From positions 192,001-256,000 of the forward strand of contig CAVVMW010000005.1 in NCBI GenBank assembly GCA_963749495.1: a DNA stretch of 64,000 bases. The letters are read 5' to 3'. The position numbers and the translations under genes are program-made. A model generated the notes under the pieces. That model did no database searches, was not told the DNA's origin, and saw nothing but the letters and a program-made list of their open reading frames with translations. Below are positions 54,800 through 64,000 of the stretch, one piece after another. Each line of letters begins with the position of its first letter. Position 1 is the stretch's first letter. Source of the stretch: an uncultured bacterium (lineage in GTDB: Bacteria; Verrucomicrobiota; Verrucomicrobiia; Limisphaerales; UBA8199).

Positions 54800-55219
54800 C
54801 TACTGGCCCGCCGCGCCCGGCTGCGGGCTCCGCGCCGTCGGTTGGTCCAAAAAGAGTAGCTGCTGGTGCCCGGGCCGGCCCACGAGCGCCACCGGGCGGT
54901 CGGGGAACAGGGCCAGCAATTGCTCGTCGTCGATAAACTTCACCGGCGGGACCTTGAGGGCCGCGACCGACGCGACGGTGCCCTGCGTCTTGACAACCGG
55001 GACCGGGTGGGTCTCGGTGCGAGGAGGCCAGGAGAAAAAGATTGCCGCCAGGAAGGCGAGCGGCAGCGAGGCCAGCGCGCACGCCCGCGCGAGCCGCCGC
55101 GAGCGGCGGCGGCGGCGCATCGCGGCAAGTCCCTGTTCGAGCGAGACTTGGCGGAAACCGCAGACCTCCTCTCCGGCGAGGAGGTCGTTCAACAATCGAT
55201 CCTGTTCAGAGTGTTTCAT
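54800..55219 (-). CDS. Putative anti-sigma factor (single TM)
   Basis: Directly follows the ECF sigma gene; RRRR followed by a TM helix; IDDEQLLALF. Confidence 0.65.
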   Translation of the reverse strand: MKHSEQDRLLNDLLAGEEVCGFRQVSLEQGLAAMRRRRRSRRLARACALASLPLAFLAAIFFSWPPRTETHPVPVVKTQGTVASVAALKVPPVKFIDDEQLLALFPDRPVALVGRPGHQQLLFLDQPTARSPQPGAAGQ

Positions 55220-55220
55220 G

Positions 55221-55859
55221 TCATGGCAGGCGGAGTTTTTGCAGGAGCCGCTCGCGCAGTTGGCGTCTGAGGCGGAGCAGGCGGGATTCGACGGCCTTTT
55301 CCGTCAGGCCGGTCTGGGCGCCGAGTTCTCTGACGGTCGAGCCTTCGAGGTATTTGCCCTCGAGCAGGCGGCGGTCGGCGGGGTCGAGTTCCTCGAGGCT
55401 CTCCTGGAGGCGGGCGCGCAGGGAGTCGTCATCAGCGGGGCCGGGCGCTTGCGGCTGCGGGCGCCGGAAGAGGGCGAAGTTCTGGAGCAGGGCGCGGTAG
55501 CGTTGTTGTTTGCGGGCGGTGTCGCGGGCGGCGCTGCGGGCCAGGACCTTGAGCCAACTCCAGAAGACCTCCTCGGATCCGAAGACCCGCACATAGCGGA
55601 GCACGCGCAAGAGGGTCTGCTGGAGGGCCTCTTGCGCCTGGTCCTCCTGGCCGCGGGTCACCACGAGCAGAAACTCATAGAGCCGGTCGAAGTACGCGGC
55701 ATGGAACGCGCGAAACGCCGGTTCGTCACCCGCCGCCAGCCCGCGCGTGAGCCGGGCGATGTCCCCGGAGACATCGCGCCTGGGGACTTCGTCCACGGCC
55801 CTGGCCTCCGGCAGTTGGAGCGCGAGCACGGGGGTGGCGGTTGGGGTCAACACTGACAT
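55221..55859 (-). CDS. ECF sigma-70 factor
   Basis: GDEPAF..Y, WL..LAR, region 4 (TEKAVESRLLRLRRQLR). Confidence 0.9.
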   Translation of the reverse strand: MSVLTPTATPVLALQLPEARAVDEVPRRDVSGDIARLTRGLAAGDEPAFRAFHAAYFDRLYEFLLVVTRGQEDQAQEALQQTLLRVLRYVRVFGSEEVFWSWLKVLARSAARDTARKQQRYRALLQNFALFRRPQPQAPGPADDDSLRARLQESLEELDPADRRLLEGKYLEGSTVRELGAQTGLTEKAVESRLLRLRRQLRERLLQKLRLP

Positions 55860-57052
55860 CAGCGCGGCGGGGCGGTTTCGGCGGGCGGGGCCTGCTCCGG
55901 TTGGACGGGAGCATTGGTGGGCGGCGGCGTGCTGGGCGGCCGCAGCCCATACCGTTTGACCATGACGTCCTCAATCGCCTTCTCGACGGCCGCTTGAATG
56001 GCCGCCTTCTGCATTGCGTCCGGTTGCCGGGGCGTGGGAGGCGCTGAAGGCGGCGTGATGGGCCCCGTCGGAAAGAAGCCACCCGGATTGGCTGCGGACG
56101 GGGCGCCGGTGGGGGTAGGGGCGTTGCTGGGCCGCAATCCGTACCGCCTGGAGAAGGCCTCCCTCGCGGCCTGCCGCTTGGCCTCCATCATGGCCTGCTG
56201 GTTTGGGTCCAGTCCGGGGCTGGAGAGGGCGAACGCCTCGGAGGGGGGAGGGGCCGGCACGCCCGGCAGGGCGGTGAGGACTTTGCGCGCCACGTTCATC
56301 GCCTCCGGCGTGCCGATGACAATCAACAGGCCGGTGCCCGGATGGTATTGGAAATCCGGGTGATCACTCTGTGTGAGGTAGTCGCCCTTGAGACTCTCCA
56401 GGGTCTGGCGGATGATCCTCTCGATCTGGCCCAAGCACTCGTTGGCCATCTGATCGAAGGTCGCTTTGTCAACGGGACTCTTGCCCAGGCGGATCCTTTC
56501 GTCGAGATAGCGGCTCATATTGAATGCCTCGACGATGCGTCGGGCATGGCCGAGGGGCTTTCCCTGCGAATCGAGGCCCAGATCCAGAACGTAGAGGGAG
56601 TATTGCGAGGCGGCCCCCGGCACCGGCAGGCCCGTCGCCGGATCGATCGACCCGGCCGCTGAGTTCCTCCGCCACTCGAATCTGTAGCCGCTGGCTACCC
56701 GGAGCGCATCGAGAGCGTCGGGCAACTCGGTGACCGAGCGCAGCTTGAGGTCTTCGATCCTCACCCCGGCCAAGTCGGGGGCCACCGCGATATTCGAGTC
56801 GGGCCACATCTCGCGCAAGGCGGAGACCACGTTGCCCAGCGTGGCCGGAACCGGGTTCCCGTGGTGCAGGGTGCCATTCGAAATATCGAGCAAGTAAGGC
56901 GACGTGCGAGGGCCTTGGGACGCAGGTTGCGCGTAGCCGGGAGGAACGGGGATGGCCGCCTTCTGTTCCTGTGCCAGGCTGTGGTTGGTTTGCCCGAAGG
57001 CGGCCAGGCAGAGTGCGAAAGCGGACCGGCGGAGCCAAAGTTGTGTTTTCAT
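55859..57052 (-). CDS. Secreted hypothetical protein with a Pro-rich tail
   Basis: Signal peptide; FQYHPGTGLLIVIGTPEA (secretin-N/NolW-like, weak); TGATG coupling to the sigma gene. Confidence 0.65.
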   Translation of the reverse strand: MKTQLWLRRSAFALCLAAFGQTNHSLAQEQKAAIPVPPGYAQPASQGPRTSPYLLDISNGTLHHGNPVPATLGNVVSALREMWPDSNIAVAPDLAGVRIEDLKLRSVTELPDALDALRVASGYRFEWRRNSAAGSIDPATGLPVPGAASQYSLYVLDLGLDSQGKPLGHARRIVEAFNMSRYLDERIRLGKSPVDKATFDQMANECLGQIERIIRQTLESLKGDYLTQSDHPDFQYHPGTGLLIVIGTPEAMNVARKVLTALPGVPAPPPSEAFALSSPGLDPNQQAMMEAKRQAAREAFSRRYGLRPSNAPTPTGAPSAANPGGFFPTGPITPPSAPPTPRQPDAMQKAAIQAAVEKAIEDVMVKRYGLRPPSTPPPTNAPVQPEQAPPAETAPPR

Positions 57053-57137
57053 AGGCGAACGGCGTTTAGCATGTTGGATTTCACTGTCACCCACAACACG
57101 TTTCTGGGGCGCGGAATCCTTCAAGAAAAGGGAGGAA

Positions 57138-57225
57138 AATGACGAATGACGAATGACGAATGACGAAAAGCAACGACCAATGACCAACGGCGCATTCGTC
57201 ATTCGTCATTCGTCATTCGTCATTC
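57138..57225. repeat. Inverted (GAATGAC)n heptamer pair
   Basis: About 4 direct and 4-5 inverted copies between divergent genes. Confidence 0.9.
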
Positions 57226-57304
57226 CGCGCCGCGCCGCGCGCCCTTCGTTTCCTTGTTGAATTCCCGGGGCTTCTTTGCTTTATTGGTCTGAGCGCGGAC
57301 GAAA

Positions 57305-58180
57305 ATGAAATGTGCAGGCGCCAGCATCCAGTTGCCGGGGAAGCTGTCGGAACGGCAGCAGGCGGCCTTGCTCAACCTGCTGGCGGACGAGGACCCGGCG
57401 ATCTTCCAGGCCGTTCGGCGCAAGATTCTGTCCCTGGGCCCGGCCGCCGCCGACTGGCTGCGGCCGCACACGCTGAGCCGCGAACCGGCGTTGCGCAGGC
57501 GCGCGCAGGAGATCGTGCGCTACTTCGACCGGCAGGCCGCCGACAACACGTTCCTGGCCTTCTGCCTCAAGCACGGGGAGGAGTTCGATCTCGAAAGCGC
57601 GGCGTGGCTGCTGGCCCAAACTCAGTATTCCGACATCAATGCCGAGGCCTACCGGGCGCTCTTGGACAGTTACGCGTCCGAGTTGCGCGAACGGTTCGAT
57701 CCCGCCGGCGGGGCCAAGCAGATCCTCGGCGCGCTCAACCACTACTTCTTCGCGGAACTGGGCTTCACCGGCAACGAGGTCGACTTTTACGACCCGGAGA
57801 ACAGCTATTTGAACCGGGTGGTCAACCGCCGCACGGGCAACCCGATCAACCTCTGCCTGGTCTATCTCCTGCTCGCCCGGCGCCTCCGCCTCCCGGTCAC
57901 CGGCATCGGCCTGCCGGGCCACTTCGTCTGCCGATACCAATCCCCGTCGGCCGAGATCTACCTGGACGTGTTCAACCGCGGGAAGTTCCTCACCAAGGCC
58001 GACTGCATCAACTACCTGGTGCAGGCCAATTTCAGCGTGCGCGACGACTACCTGGCGCCGATCACCTCGCGCCGCCTGCTCCTGCGCATCTGCTCAAACC
58101 TCCACCAGATCTATCTCCAACTCGGACTGGCCGAGGACGCCACCCGGCTCCAACGCTACCTCGTCGCCCTGGCGCGGTGA
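57305..58180 (+). CDS. SirB1/Transglut_core2 family protein
   Basis: GFTGN..FYDPENSYL..V..RRTGNPI, GIGLPGHF, LDVFN.G. Confidence 0.88.
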   Translation: MKCAGASIQLPGKLSERQQAALLNLLADEDPAIFQAVRRKILSLGPAAADWLRPHTLSREPALRRRAQEIVRYFDRQAADNTFLAFCLKHGEEFDLESAAWLLAQTQYSDINAEAYRALLDSYASELRERFDPAGGAKQILGALNHYFFAELGFTGNEVDFYDPENSYLNRVVNRRTGNPINLCLVYLLLARRLRLPVTGIGLPGHFVCRYQSPSAEIYLDVFNRGKFLTKADCINYLVQANFSVRDDYLAPITSRRLLLRICSNLHQIYLQLGLAEDATRLQRYLVALAR

Positions 58181-58224
58181 GTGCGGGGCAGGCTCTCTTT
58201 CCATGAAGCGCCGAAGCCCGCAAG

Positions 58225-58305
58225 GTTTTGGACTGCGGCAGTCCTCTGCCGCTTTTTGGAGTCCCGCGGATGCGAAAGCGGCAGAGGACTGCCGCAGTCC
58301 AAAAC
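58225..58305. repeat. REP-like inverted repeat (partial copy at 8176-8243)
   Basis: TTTTGGACTGCGGCAGTCCTCTGCCGCTTT ... AAAGCGGCAGAGGACTGCCGCAGTCCAAAA; lies between convergent genes. Confidence 0.88.
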
Positions 58306-58421
58306 GCTTCGCGGCCTCGCGGCCCCTATCCGGTTCCTGGTCCCGATGCATTCGCGGAAGCCCGAGAGGGCTTTCCACGGACCCGTCGGTCAGCGATCAC
58401 GCGCGTCGCCTGGCGACGCAT

Positions 58422-59030
58422 TCACCGCATCGACTCCCATTTGGCGGGGGCGGCCCTGAGGCGGGGGTGAGAAACCAGAAGGTGCCAGATGACCGCTTGA
58501 AAGGCCTCCGAATGCGGGGTGACTGTCTGCGGGTCCACGGTCGGCACGACGACGCAGGCCTGGGCCACTGTCGCGGTGTAGCCGCCGTCCCGGCCGACGA
58601 TGCCCAGTATCCTGGCCCCGACCTGCTTGGCGTATTGCAATGCCGGGACCAGGTTCGAGCTGACCTGGGCCTCGATGCTGCCGCCCCCGACCGAGAGGAC
58701 AAAGAGGGCGTCGGCCGGCTGGAGCCGGCTCACCTTCAGCCAATTGACGAAGACGCTGGACCAGCCGTCGTCATTGGTTCGGGCGGTCAACTCCGAGACG
58801 TTGTCGGTGGGGGCATAGGCCTCGATGCCGGCGAGCTTGCGGAAGTCGTTGACGGCATGGGAGCAATTGGCGGCGCTGCCGCCGATGCCCAGGAAGAAGA
58901 CGCGTCCGCCCTGGGCGCGCACCTCCGCCAGGGCGGCGACCATGCGCTCGATGGCCGCTCGGTCGAGCATCCCGGTGATCCGCACGACCTGGTCCAGGTA
59001 AATCTTCACGAAATCCGAGTTTTCGCTCAT
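58422..59030 (-). CDS. gmhA: SIS-domain phosphoheptose isomerase-like protein
   Basis: GIGGSAANCSH, TARTND, SVGG, GRDGG, SEAFQ..H. Confidence 0.75.
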   Translation of the reverse strand: MSENSDFVKIYLDQVVRITGMLDRAAIERMVAALAEVRAQGGRVFFLGIGGSAANCSHAVNDFRKLAGIEAYAPTDNVSELTARTNDDGWSSVFVNWLKVSRLQPADALFVLSVGGGSIEAQVSSNLVPALQYAKQVGARILGIVGRDGGYTATVAQACVVVPTVDPQTVTPHSEAFQAVIWHLLVSHPRLRAAPAKWESMR

Positions 59031-59121
59031 TTTAGAAATCTGCGCGTTCCAGAAGGATTTGTCGAGGCGGACTCGTTTTGCGGTTGACTTTGCCTTGGAA
59101 TCTCCAGCCCGAAAAAAGTTG

Positions 59122-59153
59122 TTGACTAACTGTTATTATGGTGTATATACAGT
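59122..59153 (+). promoter_or_regulatory. Sigma70-like promoter overlapping a putative YtrA operator
   Basis: TTGACT followed by the AT-rich inverted repeat ACTGT-N15-ACAGT, just upstream of the GntR gene. Confidence 0.6.
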
Positions 59154-59160
59154 ATAAACA

Positions 59161-59562
59161 ATGACGGACAAACGTCACTCCTGGTTGATCGCTCCAATCT
59201 CCCCCGCCGCCGGCGGGGCGCTTTACCAGCAGATCGTTGACCGGCTCAAGCGCGAGGTCAGTGAGGGCCGCCTCAAGCCCGGAACGGCGCTGCCCTCGTT
59301 CCGCCAGCTTGCGGAGGATTTGCTCGTGAGCGTGATCACGGTCAAGCGCGCTTACGAGGAGCTGGAGCGAGCAGGCATCATTTTCCGCCACCAGGGGCTG
59401 GGCACGTTTGTCGCCGAACAGGGCCACAACCGCAGCCGTGAGTCGAAACTGGCCGCCGCCAGAGAGTTCCTTCGCAATGGCTTGCGCGAAGCGTCCGAGG
59501 CGGGATTGAAACCCGCCGAAATCCTCGAGCTCGCCCGTGAAATCCTGAATGGAAAAGAATGA
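59161..59562 (+). CDS. GntR family regulator, YtrA subfamily
   Basis: LYQQI, LPSFRQLA, TVKRAY.ELE, G.GTFV; short C-terminus; precedes an ABC ATPase. Confidence 0.92.
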   Translation: MTDKRHSWLIAPISPAAGGALYQQIVDRLKREVSEGRLKPGTALPSFRQLAEDLLVSVITVKRAYEELERAGIIFRHQGLGTFVAEQGHNRSRESKLAAAREFLRNGLREASEAGLKPAEILELAREILNGKE

Positions 59563-59563
59563 T

Positions 59564-60451
59564 ATGGCCAATGCAATCGAATTCCGCGGACTCGTCAAAA
59601 AATACCCCCGCTTCCAGCTCGGTCCGCTCGATCTGACCGTGCCGCGAGGCGCCATCTACGGCCTCATTGGCCCAAACGGCGCGGGTAAGACGACGAGCAT
59701 CAACCTGATTTTCGGCCTCGGCAGAAGCGATGCCGGGCAGATCCGGGTGCTCGGCTTCGACCACCGCGCCGACGCAGTGTCGCTCAAACGCCACGCCGCC
59801 TACGCCAGTCCCGAGCTGAATTTCCAGGTCTGGGGCAAGGTCGGCAAGGCCATCCGGTTCGTGCGCGGCTTCTATCCGCAGTGGGACGACGCCTACTGCG
59901 CCGCGCTGATGAAGACGTTCCATTTGAGCGCCGGCGACAGGATCGCCGCCCTTTCCTTCGGCGCGAAGACCAAGTTGAGCCTCCTGCTGGCGCTGGCGCG
60001 CCAGCCCGAGGTCTTGGTTCTGGATGAACCCCTCACCGGCCTGGACGCGATCTCCAAACAGCAACTCTTCGGGGAACTGCTCAAGGCCGTGGAGGACGGC
60101 GAGCGCAGCGTGCTGATTTCGTCTCACAACCTGAGCAACCTCGAACGCTTCGCCGACCACGTGGGGCTGCTCAAGAACGGGAAGCTGCTGCTGGAAGGCC
60201 GCACGGACGAGGTCGTGGAGCGGTATCGGTTGGCGGAGTTTTTCACCAGCAACGGCGCAACCCTCCAAAGCCCAGTGCCCGAGGGGCTCATCATTTTGAA
60301 GTGGGACGAAAACCGCTGGCGCGCGCTGCTCGACCAGCAGAGCGGCGCGCAGGAATGGCTGCAAAGGCAGGGCGCGCAAAATCTCTCGCTCACCCGGCTG
60401 ACGCTGGAAGACTTGTTCGTGGCATTGTTCAAAGAAGAGGAGGCCCAATGA
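59564..60451 (+). CDS. ABC transporter ATP-binding protein (YtrB-like)
   Basis: GPNGAGKTT, LSFG, VLDEP, SSH. Confidence 0.93.
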   Translation: MANAIEFRGLVKKYPRFQLGPLDLTVPRGAIYGLIGPNGAGKTTSINLIFGLGRSDAGQIRVLGFDHRADAVSLKRHAAYASPELNFQVWGKVGKAIRFVRGFYPQWDDAYCAALMKTFHLSAGDRIAALSFGAKTKLSLLLALARQPEVLVLDEPLTGLDAISKQQLFGELLKAVEDGERSVLISSHNLSNLERFADHVGLLKNGKLLLEGRTDEVVERYRLAEFFTSNGATLQSPVPEGLIILKWDENRWRALLDQQSGAQEWLQRQGAQNLSLTRLTLEDLFVALFKEEEAQ

Positions 60452-61836
60452 ACCGGCTGATGCTCGATTACTTTCGCCGCTGGTGGTGGTTGCTGGCGCT
60501 TGCCGGACTTCTCGAATTCAGGCTTGGCTGGTCCATAGCCAACAGGCCGCAGGACACTTTCGAGTTTTGGGCCTTTCAAGTGACGTGTTGCGCGGGCGCG
60601 TTAATGCTCGCGTTGGACTTGCAGCGCGGTGCCCTTCGTCCCCTGGCGCTTCTCCCGCTGGGGACTGGGAAGATCGGCCGCGGTTGGTGGCTGGCGACGG
60701 TTCCACTCCCGGCGGCCGGGTTGGCCGCGCTGCTCTTTTTGGGCGCAGGAGTTTTCTGTCATCTTCACCCCAGCCACGTCTTCCCCGCACAGCGGCTGGC
60801 GATGGCGAGCCTCTTCACCCTGGTGTGGCTGGGAATAGAGTCCACCCTCATCCTCAACGGCATGCGCGGCTTTGGCGAGAACTTGGGGGAGTTCTTCCGC
60901 GTCGCTTTCATTAGCTGCCTTTCGATCCTGATGTTCTTCGGCAGCATGTTGTTCTTCCAGGATGCGTCGAGAAGGCCCGTCAGATCGGCCATCCTTTTGG
61001 GAGTCGGCGCGTTGTTGACCGTTGTGGGCTGGGTTCGCGCCGAGCAACTTGACCTGGGCCGAGCCGCAAAGGTTGACTTCGGCCCCTTCGGGCGATCCAG
61101 TCCGGGCCGGCCGGGCCTGCGCCTCACGCCACTCGAGATCAAAACACGGCCCGGCCAGTTCCGTGCGCCCGCCGGCTACGGCGGAATCCCGTTTCTGCTC
61201 AGGCACACTGGTGTCCTCGCCTTCGCATACGCCGCGGCTACGATCGCGCTGATGGCCCTGCTCTCGCTGTGGCAGCCGCGAGTGCTGCCTCGGGATGCGG
61301 CACTGGTGGTATTCGCGGAAATGGCGGGTTTTATGACCTCTTGCCTCGTCATTGTTTTCCCGCTCCTTTCCGTGCTGCGTCACCTGCGCTTTTTGCGGAC
61401 GCTGCCTGTTTCCACAACGCGCCTCGCCGCCGTGGTGATTTCCATGATGATTCTGCCGGTCGTCGCAGTGGGCGCGCTGGCGGCCGGAATCGCGTGGCCA
61501 GCCTTGGGAACTCCCGCCGCGCTCACGTTTTTGAACTGCTACACGTTCGTCCTTGCGCCAGCCTCGCTGTGTGTTTTCCTGGCCCTGTGGCGGGGCGAGG
61601 GCATGCTGGCATACATTTTGTTGTTCCTTACAGTATTAGGTTTTCAGAGGATCTATGGCGAGCTGCAAATCTCTTTCCATCACGTGGAGGTCCCTTTTGA
61701 TCTGACCGGCCCAATCGCGGCCATCACTGTGCTGTTGGCATTTGTGCTCACACGCCTCGCGCTCCTGCGCAGCAGCCACGCGTATCGCGTCCGGGCAAGT
61801 CCATTCGGCAACTTCCCTGGGGCTGGGGGCGGGTGA
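60448..61836 (+). CDS. Multi-pass membrane protein, putative ABC permease
   Basis: ATGA overlap with the ATPase gene; two TM halves, each with an L..LP motif. Confidence 0.75.
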   Translation: MNRLMLDYFRRWWWLLALAGLLEFRLGWSIANRPQDTFEFWAFQVTCCAGALMLALDLQRGALRPLALLPLGTGKIGRGWWLATVPLPAAGLAALLFLGAGVFCHLHPSHVFPAQRLAMASLFTLVWLGIESTLILNGMRGFGENLGEFFRVAFISCLSILMFFGSMLFFQDASRRPVRSAILLGVGALLTVVGWVRAEQLDLGRAAKVDFGPFGRSSPGRPGLRLTPLEIKTRPGQFRAPAGYGGIPFLLRHTGVLAFAYAAATIALMALLSLWQPRVLPRDAALVVFAEMAGFMTSCLVIVFPLLSVLRHLRFLRTLPVSTTRLAAVVISMMILPVVAVGALAAGIAWPALGTPAALTFLNCYTFVLAPASLCVFLALWRGEGMLAYILLFLTVLGFQRIYGELQISFHHVEVPFDLTGPIAAITVLLAFVLTRLALLRSSHAYRVRASPFGNFPGAGGG

Positions 61837-61862
61837 TCCAAATCGTCTTGATCGGATGAGTC

Positions 61863-62222
61863 TTGAATATGCAGATCTACTTCACACTTTCACAGGTTCC
61901 CGAGCTTGCGGGATTGACGCGCCGGCAGCGGCGGCTGGTTTACCGATGTGCCTTGCAAGCCCTTTTTGCCGAACAGCCATCGGCAGCCCTGTCTGGCGGA
62001 CCGTGGATCACCGGGGGAATGCTCGGCGGGGCTCTGGCTGGAGGCATGGTGGTCGTCGGCGCCGGCCTCTCTCATTCGATACTGCTCGTCATTGCGGCCG
62101 GTGGGCTCGCCGGAGCGCTGCCGGGTGGCTTCATCGCCGGGCAGCTCCTCACCGCGCGGCTGCGCCCGTATTACCGGCGTGTCCTCGAAGAGCGCAAGGA
62201 TGAGATTGCGCAGATCGGATAG
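61863..62222 (+). CDS. Hypothetical small membrane protein
   Basis: IYFTLSQVPELAGL..QRR; two Gly-rich TM helices. Confidence 0.6.
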   Translation: MNMQIYFTLSQVPELAGLTRRQRRLVYRCALQALFAEQPSAALSGGPWITGGMLGGALAGGMVVVGAGLSHSILLVIAAGGLAGALPGGFIAGQLLTARLRPYYRRVLEERKDEIAQIG

Positions 62223-62533
62223 AGCCAGCACAGATTCGCTTGCGTTCACACGCAATAGACACAGGGCCCATGTTGTCGCGTCGGACGGCCCGGATGAGCC
62301 GACCCTTACAGAGAGCCCATCCACACACTGCGCCCGGAACGCCGGCTTTCAGCCGGCAGGCTCCTGGAATTTCCCGGCCGCTGCCGCATAAATGCGGCGT
62401 TCCGGGGCGGCGTCCGGAATCGCCCGCTTACAAATGGGCGGCCAGATTATAGGTGCAAGGGCGGCGGCGTTGTCCTATGAATAGGGGCGAAGCCGTGAAG
62501 CAGGCGCACGACCGATTTGTTCGAGCGCGCATC

Positions 62534-62589
62534 CTGCCGCCTAAAGGCGGCGTTCCAGTTGGCTGCGGAACGCCGCCTTTAGGCGGCAG
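62534..62589. repeat. REP-like inverted repeat
   Basis: CTGCCGCCTAAAGGCGGCGTTCC ... GGAACGCCGCCTTTAGGCGGCAG. Confidence 0.85.
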
Positions 62590-62666
62590 CGAAGGGAAGC
62601 CGTTTCGGGCTTGCAGAGCAGCGTGGCGGACTGTTTAATGGCACCGATGACAACTGAGCGAGGCCT

Positions 62667-63242
62667 ATGGATGTCCTAGTCTATTCAATCTGTTTCGGCG
62701 TGGGGCTCGTCTTCGCGGTGGCCAGCGCGTTCATGAGCCATCTATTCGGATTCGGGGGCCACGATGTGGACGCAGGGCATGCGGACATCGGGACGGGGGG
62801 GCACGCGGAGGCGGGGTTCCAGGATACCGGCATGCCGGGGCTTTCGCCCTTCAGTCCGACCACCATCACCTCGTTCGTGACGGCGTTCGGCGGGTTCGGC
62901 TTGATCTTCTCCCGAATCGAGGCGACGCGCAGCATTTGGGTCAGCGCGCCCCTGGCCACCCTGGGCGCGCTCTTGACCGCCGCCGGGGTGATCGCCCTCT
63001 TCGGCTGGGTCTTCAGCCACACCCAGAGTTCCAGCGAATCCCACATCGGTACCCTCGTCGGGATGACCGCCACCATCATCACGCCCATCCCGGCCAACGG
63101 GGTAGGGGAAATCGCCTATGTCCAGGCCGGCATGCGCTACACCGCCCCGGCGCGCGATGAGCGCGGCGCCCCGGTGGCCAACGGCCAGACCGTCAAGATC
63201 GTCCGCATCGTCGGTTCACAATTCTATGTCGTGCCCGTATAA
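62667..63242 (+). CDS. NfeD-like (YuaF/YqiJ-type) membrane protein
   Basis: TM helices plus a C-terminal OB fold (IPANGVGEI..ARD..V.NG..V.I); precedes flotillin. Confidence 0.85.
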   Translation: MDVLVYSICFGVGLVFAVASAFMSHLFGFGGHDVDAGHADIGTGGHAEAGFQDTGMPGLSPFSPTTITSFVTAFGGFGLIFSRIEATRSIWVSAPLATLGALLTAAGVIALFGWVFSHTQSSSESHIGTLVGMTATIITPIPANGVGEIAYVQAGMRYTAPARDERGAPVANGQTVKIVRIVGSQFYVVPV

Positions 63243-63291
63243 CCAGTTGCTCGATCGAGCCTGAAACCCACCCAACACCACACCGCCAATC

Positions 63292-64000
63292 ATGAACCTC
63301 CCAATCTTTCTTGCTGCTGACATTCCCAACCCGGGATTTATCGCTGCCGTCGTCGCCGGCATTGTGCTCGTCGTCATCATCTTCTTTGCGGTCTGGGCCA
63401 GCCGCTACACGAAGGTGGCCCCAACCAAGTCCTGATCGTCTCCGGGCGCACGCATCGCTATGTGGACCCGGATGGGACCGTTGGGCACCGCGGCTTTCGC
63501 GTGGTCAAGGGCGGGGGCACCTTCATCCTCCCGGTGGTGGAGAAGATGGACCTGCTGTCGCTGGAATTGCTGACGATCGATGTGGACACCCCGGAGGTCT
63601 ATACCAGCAAAGGCGTGCCGGTGCTGGTGAACGGGGTCGCCCAAATCAAGGTCAAGGGCGACAACGTTCTCGATCGCCACGGCCTCCGAGCAATTCCTCA
63701 GCAAAGGCACCGAGGATATCAAGAGCATCGCCACCCAGACCCTCGAGGGCCATTTGCGCGCCATCCTGGGCACCATGACCGTGGAAGACATCTACCAGAA
63801 CCGCGACGCCTTCGCCTCGAAGGTCCAGGAAGTCGCCGCCGGGGACATGGCCAACATGGGCCTGGCCATTGTCAGCTTCACCATCCGCGACATCCACGAC
63901 AAGCAGGGCTACCTCGACGCCTTGGGCAAACCGCGCATCGCCCAGGTCAAACGTGACGCCGTCATCGCCCAGGCCGAGGCCGACCGCGACGCCATGATCC
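63292..64000 (+). CDS. Flotillin (SPFH) protein, partial, two frameshifts
   Basis: RYTKV.PNQVLIVSG, GGGTFILPV, VYTSKGVP, TLEGHLRAILGTMTVEDIY, GYLDALG. Confidence 0.9.

Overview
GC-rich bacterial DNA, most likely Verrucomicrobiota of the Pedosphaera/Limisphaera type. This is inferred from two GloVer-type tandem-repeat surface proteins, an [13 protein letters not shown] pilin-like gene and the repeat landscape. Many genes, including ligA, carry single-base frameshifts, so the assembly probably has indel errors. Layout: (1) 0-2.7 kb, an internally deleted GH20 gene and a Na+/solute symporter. (2) 2.9-8 kb, three toxin-antitoxin pairs interleaved with internally deleted RAYT (Y1/IS200-like) elements and several MITE/REP families. 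(3) 8.5-17.6 kb, a putative amino-sugar catabolic operon. (4) 17.7-37.5 kb, a mosaic of hydrolases, GloVer proteins, an atypical EF-P paralogue and many gene remnants. (5) 38-49.7 kb, an eight-gene operon with three SPFH (HflK/C-like) proteins, a P1B-ATPase, an ABC exporter and a helical protein. (6) 49.8-64 kb, a SocA/Panacea-like gene, PAP2, ligA, an ECF sigma module, SirB1-like, a GmhA-like SIS protein, a YtrA-ABC operon and NfeD/flotillin. No rRNA, tRNA or CRISPR array was recognised. Best candidates for something undescribed: the SPFH3/P1B-ATPase/ABC operon, the RAYT-derived non-autonomous elements that bracket TA cassettes, a CTAG-bounded MITE shell with exchangeable palindromic cargo, and the EF-P paralogue lacking the PGKG loop. 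All protein family calls come from motif recognition by eye; no searches were run.
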